Shown one piece after another: positions 24,815 to 33,466 of a DNA stretch of 64,000 nt. A program made the position numbers and the translations under genes. The DNA comes from Pseudomonadales bacterium. Its GTDB lineage: Bacteria > Pseudomonadota > Gammaproteobacteria > Pseudomonadales > Azotimanducaceae. Each line of letters begins with the position of its first letter. The first letter of the stretch is position 1. The notes beneath the pieces were generated by a model. It was not told where the DNA came from, searched no databases, and saw only the letters and a list, made by a program, of their open reading frames with translations. Where the stretch lies: the NCBI GenBank assembly GCA_965116625.1, contig OZ220717.1:2262441-2326440 (forward strand), written 5' to 3'.

Positions 24815-27800
24815 TCACATGGCCCCGAGGCCGCCGAGCAGGTACCTGACGTTCAGGAAGTACCCCTTGCCCAGGTAGTCGTAACCATAGCCGATGGGCG
24901 AGTTGTTCGTGGACTGGACTTCGGTTCCGTCAACTCTCGGGGGTTCCTTGTCGAACACGTTGCGGATGCCAGCGCGGACCCGCCACGCGTCGCCGCCGCG
25001 GCGGAGGGAGACGCTGTGCATGAAGTACTCTTCGGCGAACCCCACGTCCCGGCACAGGACATCGTCCGGCGGTCCGTAGCAGGTATCCGAAAATCCATCG
25101 ATCGCGTCTTCCCAGTCATCGAGCGTGTCCGGATCCTGGTGGACGCTGCCGAGGTAGATCGTGGTCCACGCGAATCGCCACTTGCCGTAATCGGCGCGGA
25201 AGATGAACTGCCCGGTTATTTCGTTATAGCCCCATTCCGCGGCGTCGTCGTCGAAGTCCTCGATGCCCTCGTCGTTGACGAAGAGGTCCGAGGCTTCGAT
25301 CTGGCGGTGCATGATGAGGTCAATCGTGATGTCGATGGCCCGGTCGAAGAACGTCCAGGTATCCTCGTACGCGATGTTCAGGTCCACGCCGCGGTGGATC
25401 TCGCTGTCGCGGTTGATGAAGCTCCGGTCGAGGTAGTCCATGAGCGGCCTTTCGGGGTCCGCCTCGCGGTGGATACGCCCGCAGAAAGCGCTGACACCGC
25501 TGGGCGAGTTGTAGCAGTCGTAAACGATGTACCCTGTCGAAGGCTCGATGATCGAGTCCGTGACCTCGATTTCGTAGTAGTTCATGCCGATGGCGAGATC
25601 GAAGGCGTTGGTGAATGGCTGTTCGAAGGCGAAGCCCGCGGACAGGGATTCCGATCCCTCTTCGGCAAGGCCCGTGTAGCCGCCGGCCCCGACTTCCACG
25701 CTGTACACGTTGAACCCGTTGTTGTTGGCGACCGTCGGATCGACGCCGTTCGCGCGGCAGTTGTCGAGCACGATCTGGTCACGGGTGTCGTTCGCCGGAA
25801 TATACTCGCCCGTCAGTTCATCCAGGGCGTCAGCCGGGATCAGGCATGGGTCGTACACGTTGAGAAACCCGGTCTGCGGCACGATGAAGAGTTCCCGCAG
25901 GTTCGGCGCACGGTAGGACGTGCCCGTGGTGGCGCGAAACAGCAGCGAGTTGATGGGCCGGTACGCCATCTTGTAGGAGTGCGTCCAGGCCCCGCCGTAG
26001 AACTCGTCATCCGTGTATCGCGCGGAGATGTTGAACACCAGTTCCTCGGCGGCGGGCTGCCCGGCGATCACCGGAATCTCCAGTTCGCCGAAGAACTCCC
26101 GGGTGTACTTGTCGCCGATGGCGCCGCCGTCGGCGAAGAAGCCGAAGAAAAGCCCGTCGCGGGCGACGTTGTCCGGAATCGAATCGAGGTCGTCCAGGCG
26201 ATATTCGATGCCGATGCCGCCCACGATCCAGTCCGAGGGGAGTTGGAACACGTTGCCGGTCATATAGAAGGAGAAAAGTGTCTGGTTGTAGACCGTCTCG
26301 AAGTCGCGGTCGTCGAAAACGTAGTTCCGCTCGCCCGCTGTGGCGAAGTCACCGACAACTCTTTCCGGATACAGGGACGGCGCGAACATGTTGACCGGCA
26401 CGCACCCCGGTGCGACATCGGAGTCAAGCGATTCGCCGGTGTCGTTTTCGCACGGGGTATTGGTTGTCGAATACCAGCCGAGGGCGAGGTTGAGCCGGTC
26501 CTCCCGGATGCCGGGCCGCCTGTTGGTGCCGTCTGACGTGGAGTGGACAATCCCAAAGTCAAAACTCCAGTTGCTGAAGCCCCCGAAATCCAGCCACGGC
26601 AGGTCGCCCTCGACACCACCCACCAGCCGGGTGTAGGCGATTTCGGCGAAGGACTGGGTGCGGTCTCCGCGCACGGATACGATCGGTTGAGTGGGCTGTG
26701 GCCCCAGTGGGGGACTGAGGGTTCCGAAAAGCGGGTTGAGCACCGTGGGTGTGCAGAATGACTGGGGAATCCCGTACCTGCCGCACAAGCCGGCGAAATT
26801 GGCGCCGAACTGACGTTCGAAGTTCGGGTTGGTCATGAGGGCGTTCCAGGCGAGACCGCAGTCGACGCCGTTCTCAGCCTCGGGGTTGCAGATGTTGAAC
26901 GGGTTGCGCGCAGGAACTTGCGGAAACAGTTGAAACGCGCCGGAGTCGCTCCAGAAATCGCGCTTCACGTGGAGAAACTCGAAGAACGGCGTCAGGTTCA
27001 TGTCGCCCTCGAGCGTGTACTCGCCGTAGGCCATGAGGCTGGCCTGCGATACGTCGGGGCGCAGGTGCGCGAACTGCTCCCGGCCATTGATGTCGTGGTT
27101 TCGGAAGGAAATGTCGGTCCTGCCGTCACCGTCGCCGTCGATGCCTATCGAACCGTAGAGGGACGACTCCGAGAAGTTCGGCCAACCACCGTTGCTATAA
27201 CCCGGCGTGTAGTAAATGCTCCCTGCGCGGGGAACACTGACCCGTCTTGCGAGGGAACCGAGGGCACAATCGTCCCACTCCATGCCGTAGACCGTGGGGT
27301 AGAACAGCTCCTGGTGGCGCCTCTTCCCGGTCTGGTCTATTTCCTCGTGTTGATTGCATCCTGCGGTCCATGGGCGCTGGGCAAGAGTGATGGGTTCCCG
27401 CTGGTACCACTCGATGGCGGAGCCTACGAACCCACGGTCGAAGTTCCTGCCCCAGGTCAGGGTGGCGACCGAAGTCTCGCCGCCGTCGTGCTTGTAGACT
27501 GTCGGCGTCACGTCGATCTCGAAGCCGTCGAAGTCGTTGCGCAGGATGATGTTGGCGACGCCGCCGATTGCATCGGAACCGTACACCGACGAGGCGCCGT
27601 CGAGCAGCAGGTCGTACTGTCCCACGAGTGAGCCGGGAATGAGGCCAGCGTCGGGACTGACCGGCGCCCCCTCGAGGCCGGCGGGCGACATGCGGCGGCC
27701 GTTGATCAGAATCAGGGTGCGGTTGCCTCCCAGGCCCCTAAGGCTGACCTCGGTGGCGCCCGGGCCGTTGTCGAGCACGTAGCCCTGGAATGTGAGGTCG

Positions 27801-28147
27801 ACCTGCTGCCCGGTTGAGGCGGTTGATTCGCGCAGGATGTCGCCTGCGTCGATCAGGCCGGCTTCCCTTGAGACCTCTGCCGTGATGATCTGCAGCGGCG
27901 CGATGCTGGAATACGTGTCCCGCTTCAGCCGTGAACCGGTGACGACGACGAGTTCGTCAGCCGTCGGCTCCTCGTCTTCCGCCGCAGGCACCACCTCTTC
28001 GGTTTCGACAGCGGGTGCCTCTTCCTCTTCGTCTGCTTCGTCTTCCTGCGCAAGAATCTGCGGCGAAAAGGCGATCAGGCAACCCGACAGAACCAGGCGG
28101 ATAAGGTTCTGCATCCACGGTGTTTGCTTGTTTTCGGCTGCGTCCAT
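24815..28147 (-). CDS. TonB-dependent outer-membrane receptor (about 1110 aa)
   Basis: AAGGAGGGAA Shine-Dalgarno before ATG 28147. Signal peptide, acidic linker QEDEADEEEEAPAVETEE..., plug region LVVVTGSRLKRD ... GGNRTLILINGRR, and a long beta-barrel. Lies 25 nt upstream of the peptidase gene. Confidence 0.9.
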   Translation of the reverse strand: MDAAENKQTPWMQNLIRLVLSGCLIAFSPQILAQEDEADEEEEAPAVETEEVVPAAEDEEPTADELVVVTGSRLKRDTYSSIAPLQIITAEVSREAGLIDAGDILRESTASTGQQVDLTFQGYVLDNGPGATEVSLRGLGGNRTLILINGRRMSPAGLEGAPVSPDAGLIPGSLVGQYDLLLDGASSVYGSDAIGGVANIILRNDFDGFEIDVTPTVYKHDGGETSVATLTWGRNFDRGFVGSAIEWYQREPITLAQRPWTAGCNQHEEIDQTGKRRHQELFYPTVYGMEWDDCALGSLARRVSVPRAGSIYYTPGYSNGGWPNFSESSLYGSIGIDGDGDGRTDISFRNHDINGREQFAHLRPDVSQASLMAYGEYTLEGDMNLTPFFEFLHVKRDFWSDSGAFQLFPQVPARNPFNICNPEAENGVDCGLAWNALMTNPNFERQFGANFAGLCGRYGIPQSFCTPTVLNPLFGTLSPPLGPQPTQPIVSVRGDRTQSFAEIAYTRLVGGVEGDLPWLDFGGFSNWSFDFGIVHSTSDGTNRRPGIREDRLNLALGWYSTTNTPCENDTGESLDSDVAPGCVPVNMFAPSLYPERVVGDFATAGERNYVFDDRDFETVYNQTLFSFYMTGNVFQLPSDWIVGGIGIEYRLDDLDSIPDNVARDGLFFGFFADGGAIGDKYTREFFGELEIPVIAGQPAAEELVFNISARYTDDEFYGGAWTHSYKMAYRPINSLLFRATTGTSYRAPNLRELFIVPQTGFLNVYDPCLIPADALDELTGEYIPANDTRDQIVLDNCRANGVDPTVANNNGFNVYSVEVGAGGYTGLAEEGSESLSAGFAFEQPFTNAFDLAIGMNYYEIEVTDSIIEPSTGYIVYDCYNSPSGVSAFCGRIHREADPERPLMDYLDRSFINRDSEIHRGVDLNIAYEDTWTFFDRAIDITIDLIMHRQIEASDLFVNDEGIEDFDDDAAEWGYNEITGQFIFRADYGKWRFAWTTIYLGSVHQDPDTLDDWEDAIDGFSDTCYGPPDDVLCRDVGFAEEYFMHSVSLRRGGDAWRVRAGIRNVFDKEPPRVDGTEVQSTNNSPIGYGYDYLGKGYFLNVRYLLGGLGAM

Positions 28148-28610
28148 TGTTTCCCTCCTTGGCGCTCCCATTGTGTGGGGCGACGTGGGCCGCCGGCATG
28201 TTTGGCCGGGCGACGTTAACGCAATGTTCGAATTGTTACCGTCGTGTCTATCCTCATTGAACTCGGCTCCAGCCAAACTCCTTGGCGCCACAGCACGGTT
28301 GCGGCGAATATTACACGCCGTGGGCAATTTCGCACGTAAATTCGAGCAATATTCTCGACAAATTTGAGACACGTTCAGACACATTAGTACACGTTGTCTT
28401 TCCGGAAGCGTGGAATACCTCCGCGAAGCGCGGATTGGCACGCGGGGATGTGCCGGGAGCAGGGAAATAGGTGCCAAGGCGTGGTCCGCCACGGATGAAG
28501 GTGGCGTGCGAACCGAACAATTTGAAATCGTCAACGACCGCACTATACTTGCCGTTGGCTAACGGAGGCTAACAGCGCAAGGACCCGCGCGTTACGTGGA
28601 GGAGGCTTCG

Positions 28611-29192
28611 ATGGCAGGGCGTGCAACGATGGGGTTCCTCACGAGCCGGGGTTTGGAAGAAGCGCCGGAATCGTTGAATGAAGCGTTGCGAAACGTTCTT
28701 GAGAGCATGGTGCCCACGGCCTATGAACCTGCCGCCAGCGGACTGACGACGGCGGAACAACGTGTGCTCGTGGAAGGCGGTCTGCGGCTTGATCGGGGGC
28801 ATGGTCCCGATCCAATGGCTGAGACTGTGGCCAAGTACGCGGCGATTCTCGTCCGGAGTCTTTCAAGCAGGAACGCGAGCGAGCGGTTGGGGGTGGCGCC
28901 GAGCCGTATTCGCCAGATGGTGGTTGACCGGTCACTTTACAGTTTCCTGTTGGACGGGACGCGTCACATCCCCGACTTTCAGTTCTCGGAGGCGGGGCTC
29001 GTGCCGAACATCGCGAGCGTCAACCGGGTTCTCGACCCGGGCGCGCATCCGGTGGGGGTTTACAACTGGTACCACACGCCCAATCCCGACCTTTTCCTGG
29101 AGGGGGATGTGGATCGAGTCGTTTCGCCACTCGATTGGCTCAATGCGGGGTACGAACTGGAAAAGCTGGTGATGATCGCAACCGACCTGTAG
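28611..29192 (+). CDS. Xre/MbcA/ParS-type antitoxin (HTH + DUF2384-like toxin-binding C-terminus)
   Basis: HTH-like NASERLGVAPSRIRQMV. C-terminus WYHTPNPDLFLEGDVDRVVSPLDWL. GGAGG lies 5 nt before ATG 28611; the ORF opens at GTG 28596. Confidence 0.75.
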   Translation: MAGRATMGFLTSRGLEEAPESLNEALRNVLESMVPTAYEPAASGLTTAEQRVLVEGGLRLDRGHGPDPMAETVAKYAAILVRSLSSRNASERLGVAPSRIRQMVVDRSLYSFLLDGTRHIPDFQFSEAGLVPNIASVNRVLDPGAHPVGVYNWYHTPNPDLFLEGDVDRVVSPLDWLNAGYELEKLVMIATDL

Positions 29193-29301
29193 CTTGCCGC
29201 TTTCGCGCTGTCCGTATTTGACCTACGCCAGTCCGGGCGATTAACCCGCATACCGCACCTGCGGCACGCCCTATGCTTCAAGGTATGAGCGCACGAACGC
29301 C

Positions 29302-29958
29302 ATGACGCTTTCTGGTCGCAGTGCGAAGCTGCCGCGTACGCCTGATCGGCAACTCCTTCGGCGACTCGTTCCGCCCGTCTTCAATGCCGCCGCCGGGACG
29401 ACTTTCCATCGAGTGTACTTCCGGGGTGGTCCGTACGCATTGACCTGGAAGTCTTTGCGGTACTTCGGTCCGACCGGTGCGCGATTCGACCATCATGAAC
29501 CGGACGAATCGGGTCAGGCAATCGTGCAGGAACGGGGCATCATGTACCTCGCCTGCGACATTCCCACTGCGTTGGCCGAAGTATTCCAGGCTGGTCGGTT
29601 GGTCGACCGCCACCGCCACCAGCCATGGCTCGTGGCTTTCGCCATCGCCCGCGACATTCGATTACTGGACCTGACCGGAATGTTCTGTGTGCAGGCGGGG
29701 GGATCGATGAAACTCGTCAGCGGCCCAAGAACATTTGCCCGGAACTGGTCTCGAGCGTTCTATGAGTGCTACCGAGACATCGAGGGCATCTACTATCCGT
29801 CGTCCCTCACGAATCGACCCGTCATCGCCCTCTTCGAGCGCGTATTGGAGTCCCCTCCGTTTCCGGCAACGCCACGTTTGCACCGGGCGCTGAACGATGC
29901 GTTGCTTATCGACCCCGTTCGGGGGGCGAGTGCCGACATCGGGTACGATTTTCTGTAA
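29302..29958 (+). CDS. RES-domain toxin
   Basis: R-E-S signature positions: GARFDHH, ALAEVF, IYYPSSL. Confidence 0.8.
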   Translation: MTLSGRSAKLPRTPDRQLLRRLVPPVFNAAAGTTFHRVYFRGGPYALTWKSLRYFGPTGARFDHHEPDESGQAIVQERGIMYLACDIPTALAEVFQAGRLVDRHRHQPWLVAFAIARDIRLLDLTGMFCVQAGGSMKLVSGPRTFARNWSRAFYECYRDIEGIYYPSSLTNRPVIALFERVLESPPFPATPRLHRALNDALLIDPVRGASADIGYDFL

Positions 29959-30032
29959 AGCGCCTTCCGGTCGAGGGGTCTGCGGTTGAGGTGCCGTATC
30001 GCGCGGCTCCGTGCCCGACAGGGTGGTGAAGG

Positions 30033-30950
30033 CTACTGCCGCTCCGGTGATTCAACCTGGTGTCGCGCGGCGTCGAGCAGGGCGCGAATCGTCTCCTGCA
30101 AACGCCGCCGGCCGCCCGGCCGCCAGCCGAGGGAACGCAGTCCGTCGCAGCGCATGATGTGGGCCGGCGGCGGCATCTCCTTCGGCAACGGGAGGGATCC
30201 GGCAGCCATGCCCTGAGTGGCGTACATGCGTTCGGCGATCTCGCGCGTGCCAAGCACGATGTCGGAGCAGTTGAAGGGGCGGCCCGCGACGTCGGCGGCG
30301 GGCGCGGTGAGAAGCAGCCAGACAGCGGCTGCCACATCGTCGCCATGGACTTCGGTTGAAGTGCGCGCCACGGTGACAGGCCGGCCGGATATCACCTCGC
30401 GAGCCATGTCGAACCACTTGCTGCGACTAACGGGATGTGTGATCCCATAGACCCCCGTGGGCCTGATGGAGGTCGTGCGGGGATATACGGTGGCAAGACC
30501 TTCCAGGGCAACCTTGAGCGCGCCGTAGTGCGTGTCGGGAGACGTCGGATGCGTGTCGCCGACGCGCGTACTGGCCGGGCCGCCGAAGACCGCCCGGCTG
30601 GACAGGACAACGATGCGTCCGATGTCGGCGCCGCTGGCGGCCCGCAGCAGGCGCAGGCCGCCCAGCAGGTTGGTCCGCCAGAAACCCTCCACATCGTCGC
30701 CTTCGCCGCCCCGATACTGTCCCGGGACATGATCGTATGCGCTGTGCACGAGTGCATCCGCGCCGCCCACCAGCGAAGCGAGCGCAGCCTCGGAGCGCAG
30801 GTCGCCGTCGATCCAGGTGATGGGGAAGTCGAAGCCTGTTCGGTCGCTCTGCGGGCGGGCCAATGCGACGATATCGCAGCCTTCGCGGGCGAGGCGCGCG
30901 GCAACGAAACGTCCGACCAGACCGCTGGCACCGGTCAGTGCAACTCTCAT
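30033..30950 (-). CDS. NAD-dependent epimerase/dehydratase-family (extended SDR) protein, in the position of sqdC
   Basis: MRVALTGASGLVGRFVA Rossmann motif and a YGALK catalytic pair. ATGA overlap with the upstream GT8 gene. Confidence 0.7.
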   Translation of the reverse strand: MRVALTGASGLVGRFVAARLAREGCDIVALARPQSDRTGFDFPITWIDGDLRSEAALASLVGGADALVHSAYDHVPGQYRGGEGDDVEGFWRTNLLGGLRLLRAASGADIGRIVVLSSRAVFGGPASTRVGDTHPTSPDTHYGALKVALEGLATVYPRTTSIRPTGVYGITHPVSRSKWFDMAREVISGRPVTVARTSTEVHGDDVAAAVWLLLTAPAADVAGRPFNCSDIVLGTREIAERMYATQGMAAGSLPLPKEMPPPAHIMRCDGLRSLGWRPGGRRRLQETIRALLDAARHQVESPERQ

Positions 30951-31747
30951 GGGTGTGAAGGGGCGCGAATGTCGTCAGGCATCGGCCGGCCTTCAAGCAC
31001 CCGGTACCACAGGTCGATCAGCGGGGCGAGCAGGTCGCGCTTGGGATGGTCTTTCTGCCAGGGCTTCTCGTACTGGTAGTGAACCACCTTGACGCTCGGC
31101 CAATGCCAGAGATCGGGCTGGTTGAAGAAGATGTACTGCAATACGTTGTAGGTGTAGGGCAGTCCATGCCAGTCGGGGAAGTACGACTCGAGAAAGGTCT
31201 GATCGGTGCGCCGCCAAAACACGTCGGGGGTGTCCAGCCGTTTGAGCATGTCGTCGTAGGTGGTCTTGCTGGGCTGTGCGACGAAGACACCGGAGTTCAT
31301 CCGGTGCATGTCCGCGAGCGCCTCGTAGAGGTTCGGTGCTGCGGAGAACTCGGGATAGCCGAACAGCTTGTCGATGTTGCGCACGGCGATCGCATCGGCG
31401 TCGATGAAGACGATCCGCTCGTACTCGGTGAGGCGCCAGAGCTCGAGCTTCATGAAGTTGTCGATGGGATCGTGGAACGCGGGCTTCTCACCCTTCGTGA
31501 ACGGGCTCCTCGCGTGCTGCGCCGCGCGGCTGTGGCGCGACCGGAAGGCCTTTGACATCGCCGGCTTCCCGGTTTCCCGGACGATGCAGCCTTCGGCTTC
31601 CAGATCGCTGAGTCCGGGCGTTCCGGGCTTCGCCATCACGAGGAGGGGCCAGGCGGCCGAGACGCGTTTCAGCGAACGCGCCAGGGCCGTCGCGCCCAGC
31701 GCGTAGTCCGCGTTGGTCACCAGGGTCGCGTACGCGAACACTCGCAC
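30947..31747 (-). CDS. Family-8 (glycogenin-like) glycosyltransferase, in the position of sqdD
   Basis: AYATLVTNADYALGATALARSL and DxD-containing FIDADAIAVRNIDKLF. GTG start. Confidence 0.75.
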   Translation of the reverse strand: MRVFAYATLVTNADYALGATALARSLKRVSAAWPLLVMAKPGTPGLSDLEAEGCIVRETGKPAMSKAFRSRHSRAAQHARSPFTKGEKPAFHDPIDNFMKLELWRLTEYERIVFIDADAIAVRNIDKLFGYPEFSAAPNLYEALADMHRMNSGVFVAQPSKTTYDDMLKRLDTPDVFWRRTDQTFLESYFPDWHGLPYTYNVLQYIFFNQPDLWHWPSVKVVHYQYEKPWQKDHPKRDLLAPLIDLWYRVLEGRPMPDDIRAPSHP

Positions 31748-31796
31748 CCCGCCTCAGAAGGATCCGATGCTACGGATGAATCGGGGGCTTACCGGA

Positions 31797-33005
31797 CTAT
31801 TCGGAAGCGTCGCCATTGGCGCTGGCGAGGTGCTCGGCCCGTTCCTTGGTCCATGCGGCGGTGCTGAGGATCCGGCTGCGGTCGATCCGGTGCGCGTACT
31901 TCTTCGCCACATCGACGAGCTCTTCCAGCAGCCCCTCTCTCAGCGTTGTCGGTTGCAGGCCAAGATCGAGCAGGTGTTCGTTGCTGACGACGAGTTCGTT
32001 TTCCGCCGCCTCGTTCCTGGGGTTCGGCAACCACGCGATTTCGGCCCCGGTCAGGTCGCGAATCATGTGGGCGAGGTCGCGCAGGCGATGGGTTTCGGTC
32101 ATCTGGTTGAAGATCTGCGTGCGCGCGCCGCGCTCTGGCGGATTCCTGAGCGCGAGTTCTATGCAGCGCACGCAGTCCTGGATGTGTATGAACGCCCGCG
32201 TCTGGCCGCCCGTACCGTGCACCGTCAACGGGAAGCCGATGGCGGCCTGGATCAGGAAGCGGTTGAGCACGGTTCCGTAGTCGCCGTCATAGTCGAAACG
32301 GTTGATGAGTTGCACGTGGCGCCGGGTCTGGTCGGTGTGGGTACCCCAGACGATGCCCTGGTGCAGGTCGGTGATGCGCAGCCCGTCGTTCTTCGCGTAG
32401 AACTGGAACATGAGCTGATCCAGGCACTTGGTCATGTGGTAGATGCTGCCGGGGTTGGCCGGATAGAGGATCTCCAGCGGGGAGGTGCTGCCGTCATCGA
32501 GACGGATGTCCACCGGGAGATAACCTTCGGGAATCGTCGCCCCGACGTTCGCGTAGCCGTATACGCCCATGGTGCCGATGTGCACCAGGTGCGCGTCGAG
32601 GGAGAGTTCGACGAGCGCGTTCAGGACCTGGTGGGTGGCGTTGACGTTGTTCGAGACCGTGTAGTTCTTGTGCTGGTCGCTCTTCATGGAATAGGGGGCC
32701 GCGCGCTGCTTGGCCAGGTGCACGATGGCGTCGGGACGGACTTCGGCGAGCCAGTTCTTCAGGCCCGAGTAGTCGGCGGCGACATCGATGCGTTCGAAGC
32801 CGATGTCGTGCCCGGTGACTTCCAGCCACACGCGCCGGCGCTCCTGGATGGAGTCCATCGGCGTCAGGGACTGCACGCCCAGTTCCGTATCGATCCACCG
32901 CCGACTCAGGTTATCGGCGATGAACACCTCGAAGCCGAGATTCGAGAGGTGCAGCGTCGCTGGCCACCCGATGAACCCGTCTCCCCCCAAAACCGCGATT
33001 CGCAT
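31797..33005 (-). CDS. sqdB: UDP-sulfoquinovose synthase
   Basis: MRIAVLGGDGFIGWPATLHL..., HLAKQRAAPYSM, GTMGVYGY, and a length of about 400 aa are typical of SQD1/SqdB. Confidence 0.85.
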   Translation of the reverse strand: MRIAVLGGDGFIGWPATLHLSNLGFEVFIADNLSRRWIDTELGVQSLTPMDSIQERRRVWLEVTGHDIGFERIDVAADYSGLKNWLAEVRPDAIVHLAKQRAAPYSMKSDQHKNYTVSNNVNATHQVLNALVELSLDAHLVHIGTMGVYGYANVGATIPEGYLPVDIRLDDGSTSPLEILYPANPGSIYHMTKCLDQLMFQFYAKNDGLRITDLHQGIVWGTHTDQTRRHVQLINRFDYDGDYGTVLNRFLIQAAIGFPLTVHGTGGQTRAFIHIQDCVRCIELALRNPPERGARTQIFNQMTETHRLRDLAHMIRDLTGAEIAWLPNPRNEAAENELVVSNEHLLDLGLQPTTLREGLLEELVDVAKKYAHRIDRSRILSTAAWTKERAEHLASANGDASE

Positions 33006-33046
33006 GTCCCGACTCCTGCCGATTGTCTGCGTCTCGAATGACTATG

Positions 33047-33466
33047 TTACCGCTTCGCGCCGGTGCGTTCGATGCTGCTGGCCGAGAGGATGTCGGGCCA
33101 TGTCCGGCCCTGGCGGTCAAACAGCATCCAGATGTGGCCGAGACCGAGGCAGGCGAGGCTCAGGATTCCTCCGGCGATCCTGAGGTGCGCCTGCCGCAGG
33201 CCGATGGGCGCATTGCCGTCCGCCACGCACAGGCGCCAGGCCAGCATGCCGAGCGTCTGGCCCCGCCGTGTCCAGAAGTAGAGGAAGAAGGCGTACGCCT
33301 CCCCCAGGAGCAGAACCTGGACCCAGAGGCCCGTGACCGCGGCCCCCGTCGCAGCCACCAGGACCACGAGGGTCAGGACCCACATGGCGAGGACGACGAG
33401 GGCGTCGTATAGCATGGCGAGCAGGCGCAGGTGCAACCCCGCGCTGCTGTTGGCCGGTGCGGACAT
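33047..33466 (-). CDS. RDD-family membrane protein
   Basis: RLLAMLYDALVV..., RRGQTLGMLAWRLCV, three hydrophobic helices. Its start overlaps the upstream stop (TGATG). Confidence 0.75.
   Translation of the reverse strand: MSAPANSSAGLHLRLLAMLYDALVVLAMWVLTLVVLVAATGAAVTGLWVQVLLLGEAYAFFLYFWTRRGQTLGMLAWRLCVADGNAPIGLRQAHLRIAGGILSLACLGLGHIWMLFDRQGRTWPDILSASSIERTGAKR

Noticed and set aside
24623-26536. 637-aa plus-strand ORF
   Set aside because: It is antisense to the TonB-dependent receptor gene, has no recognisable motifs, and has a V/D/R/G-rich composition typical of the antisense frame.
28330-28380. AT-richer segment in the receptor leader that might be a Fur box
   Set aside because: The best hand alignment to GATAATGATAATCATTATC gives only about 10 of 19 matches.
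28459-28502. Cobalamin-riboswitch-like core (AGGGAAATAGGTGCCAAGGC...CCGCCACGG) near the TonB-dependent receptor gene
   Set aside because: The resemblance is on the plus strand, which is antisense to the receptor leader, and it would precede an Xre antitoxin gene. No B12 box (GCCACTG-type) or the rest of the fold is recognisable downstream. An Infernal scan with RF00174 would settle it.
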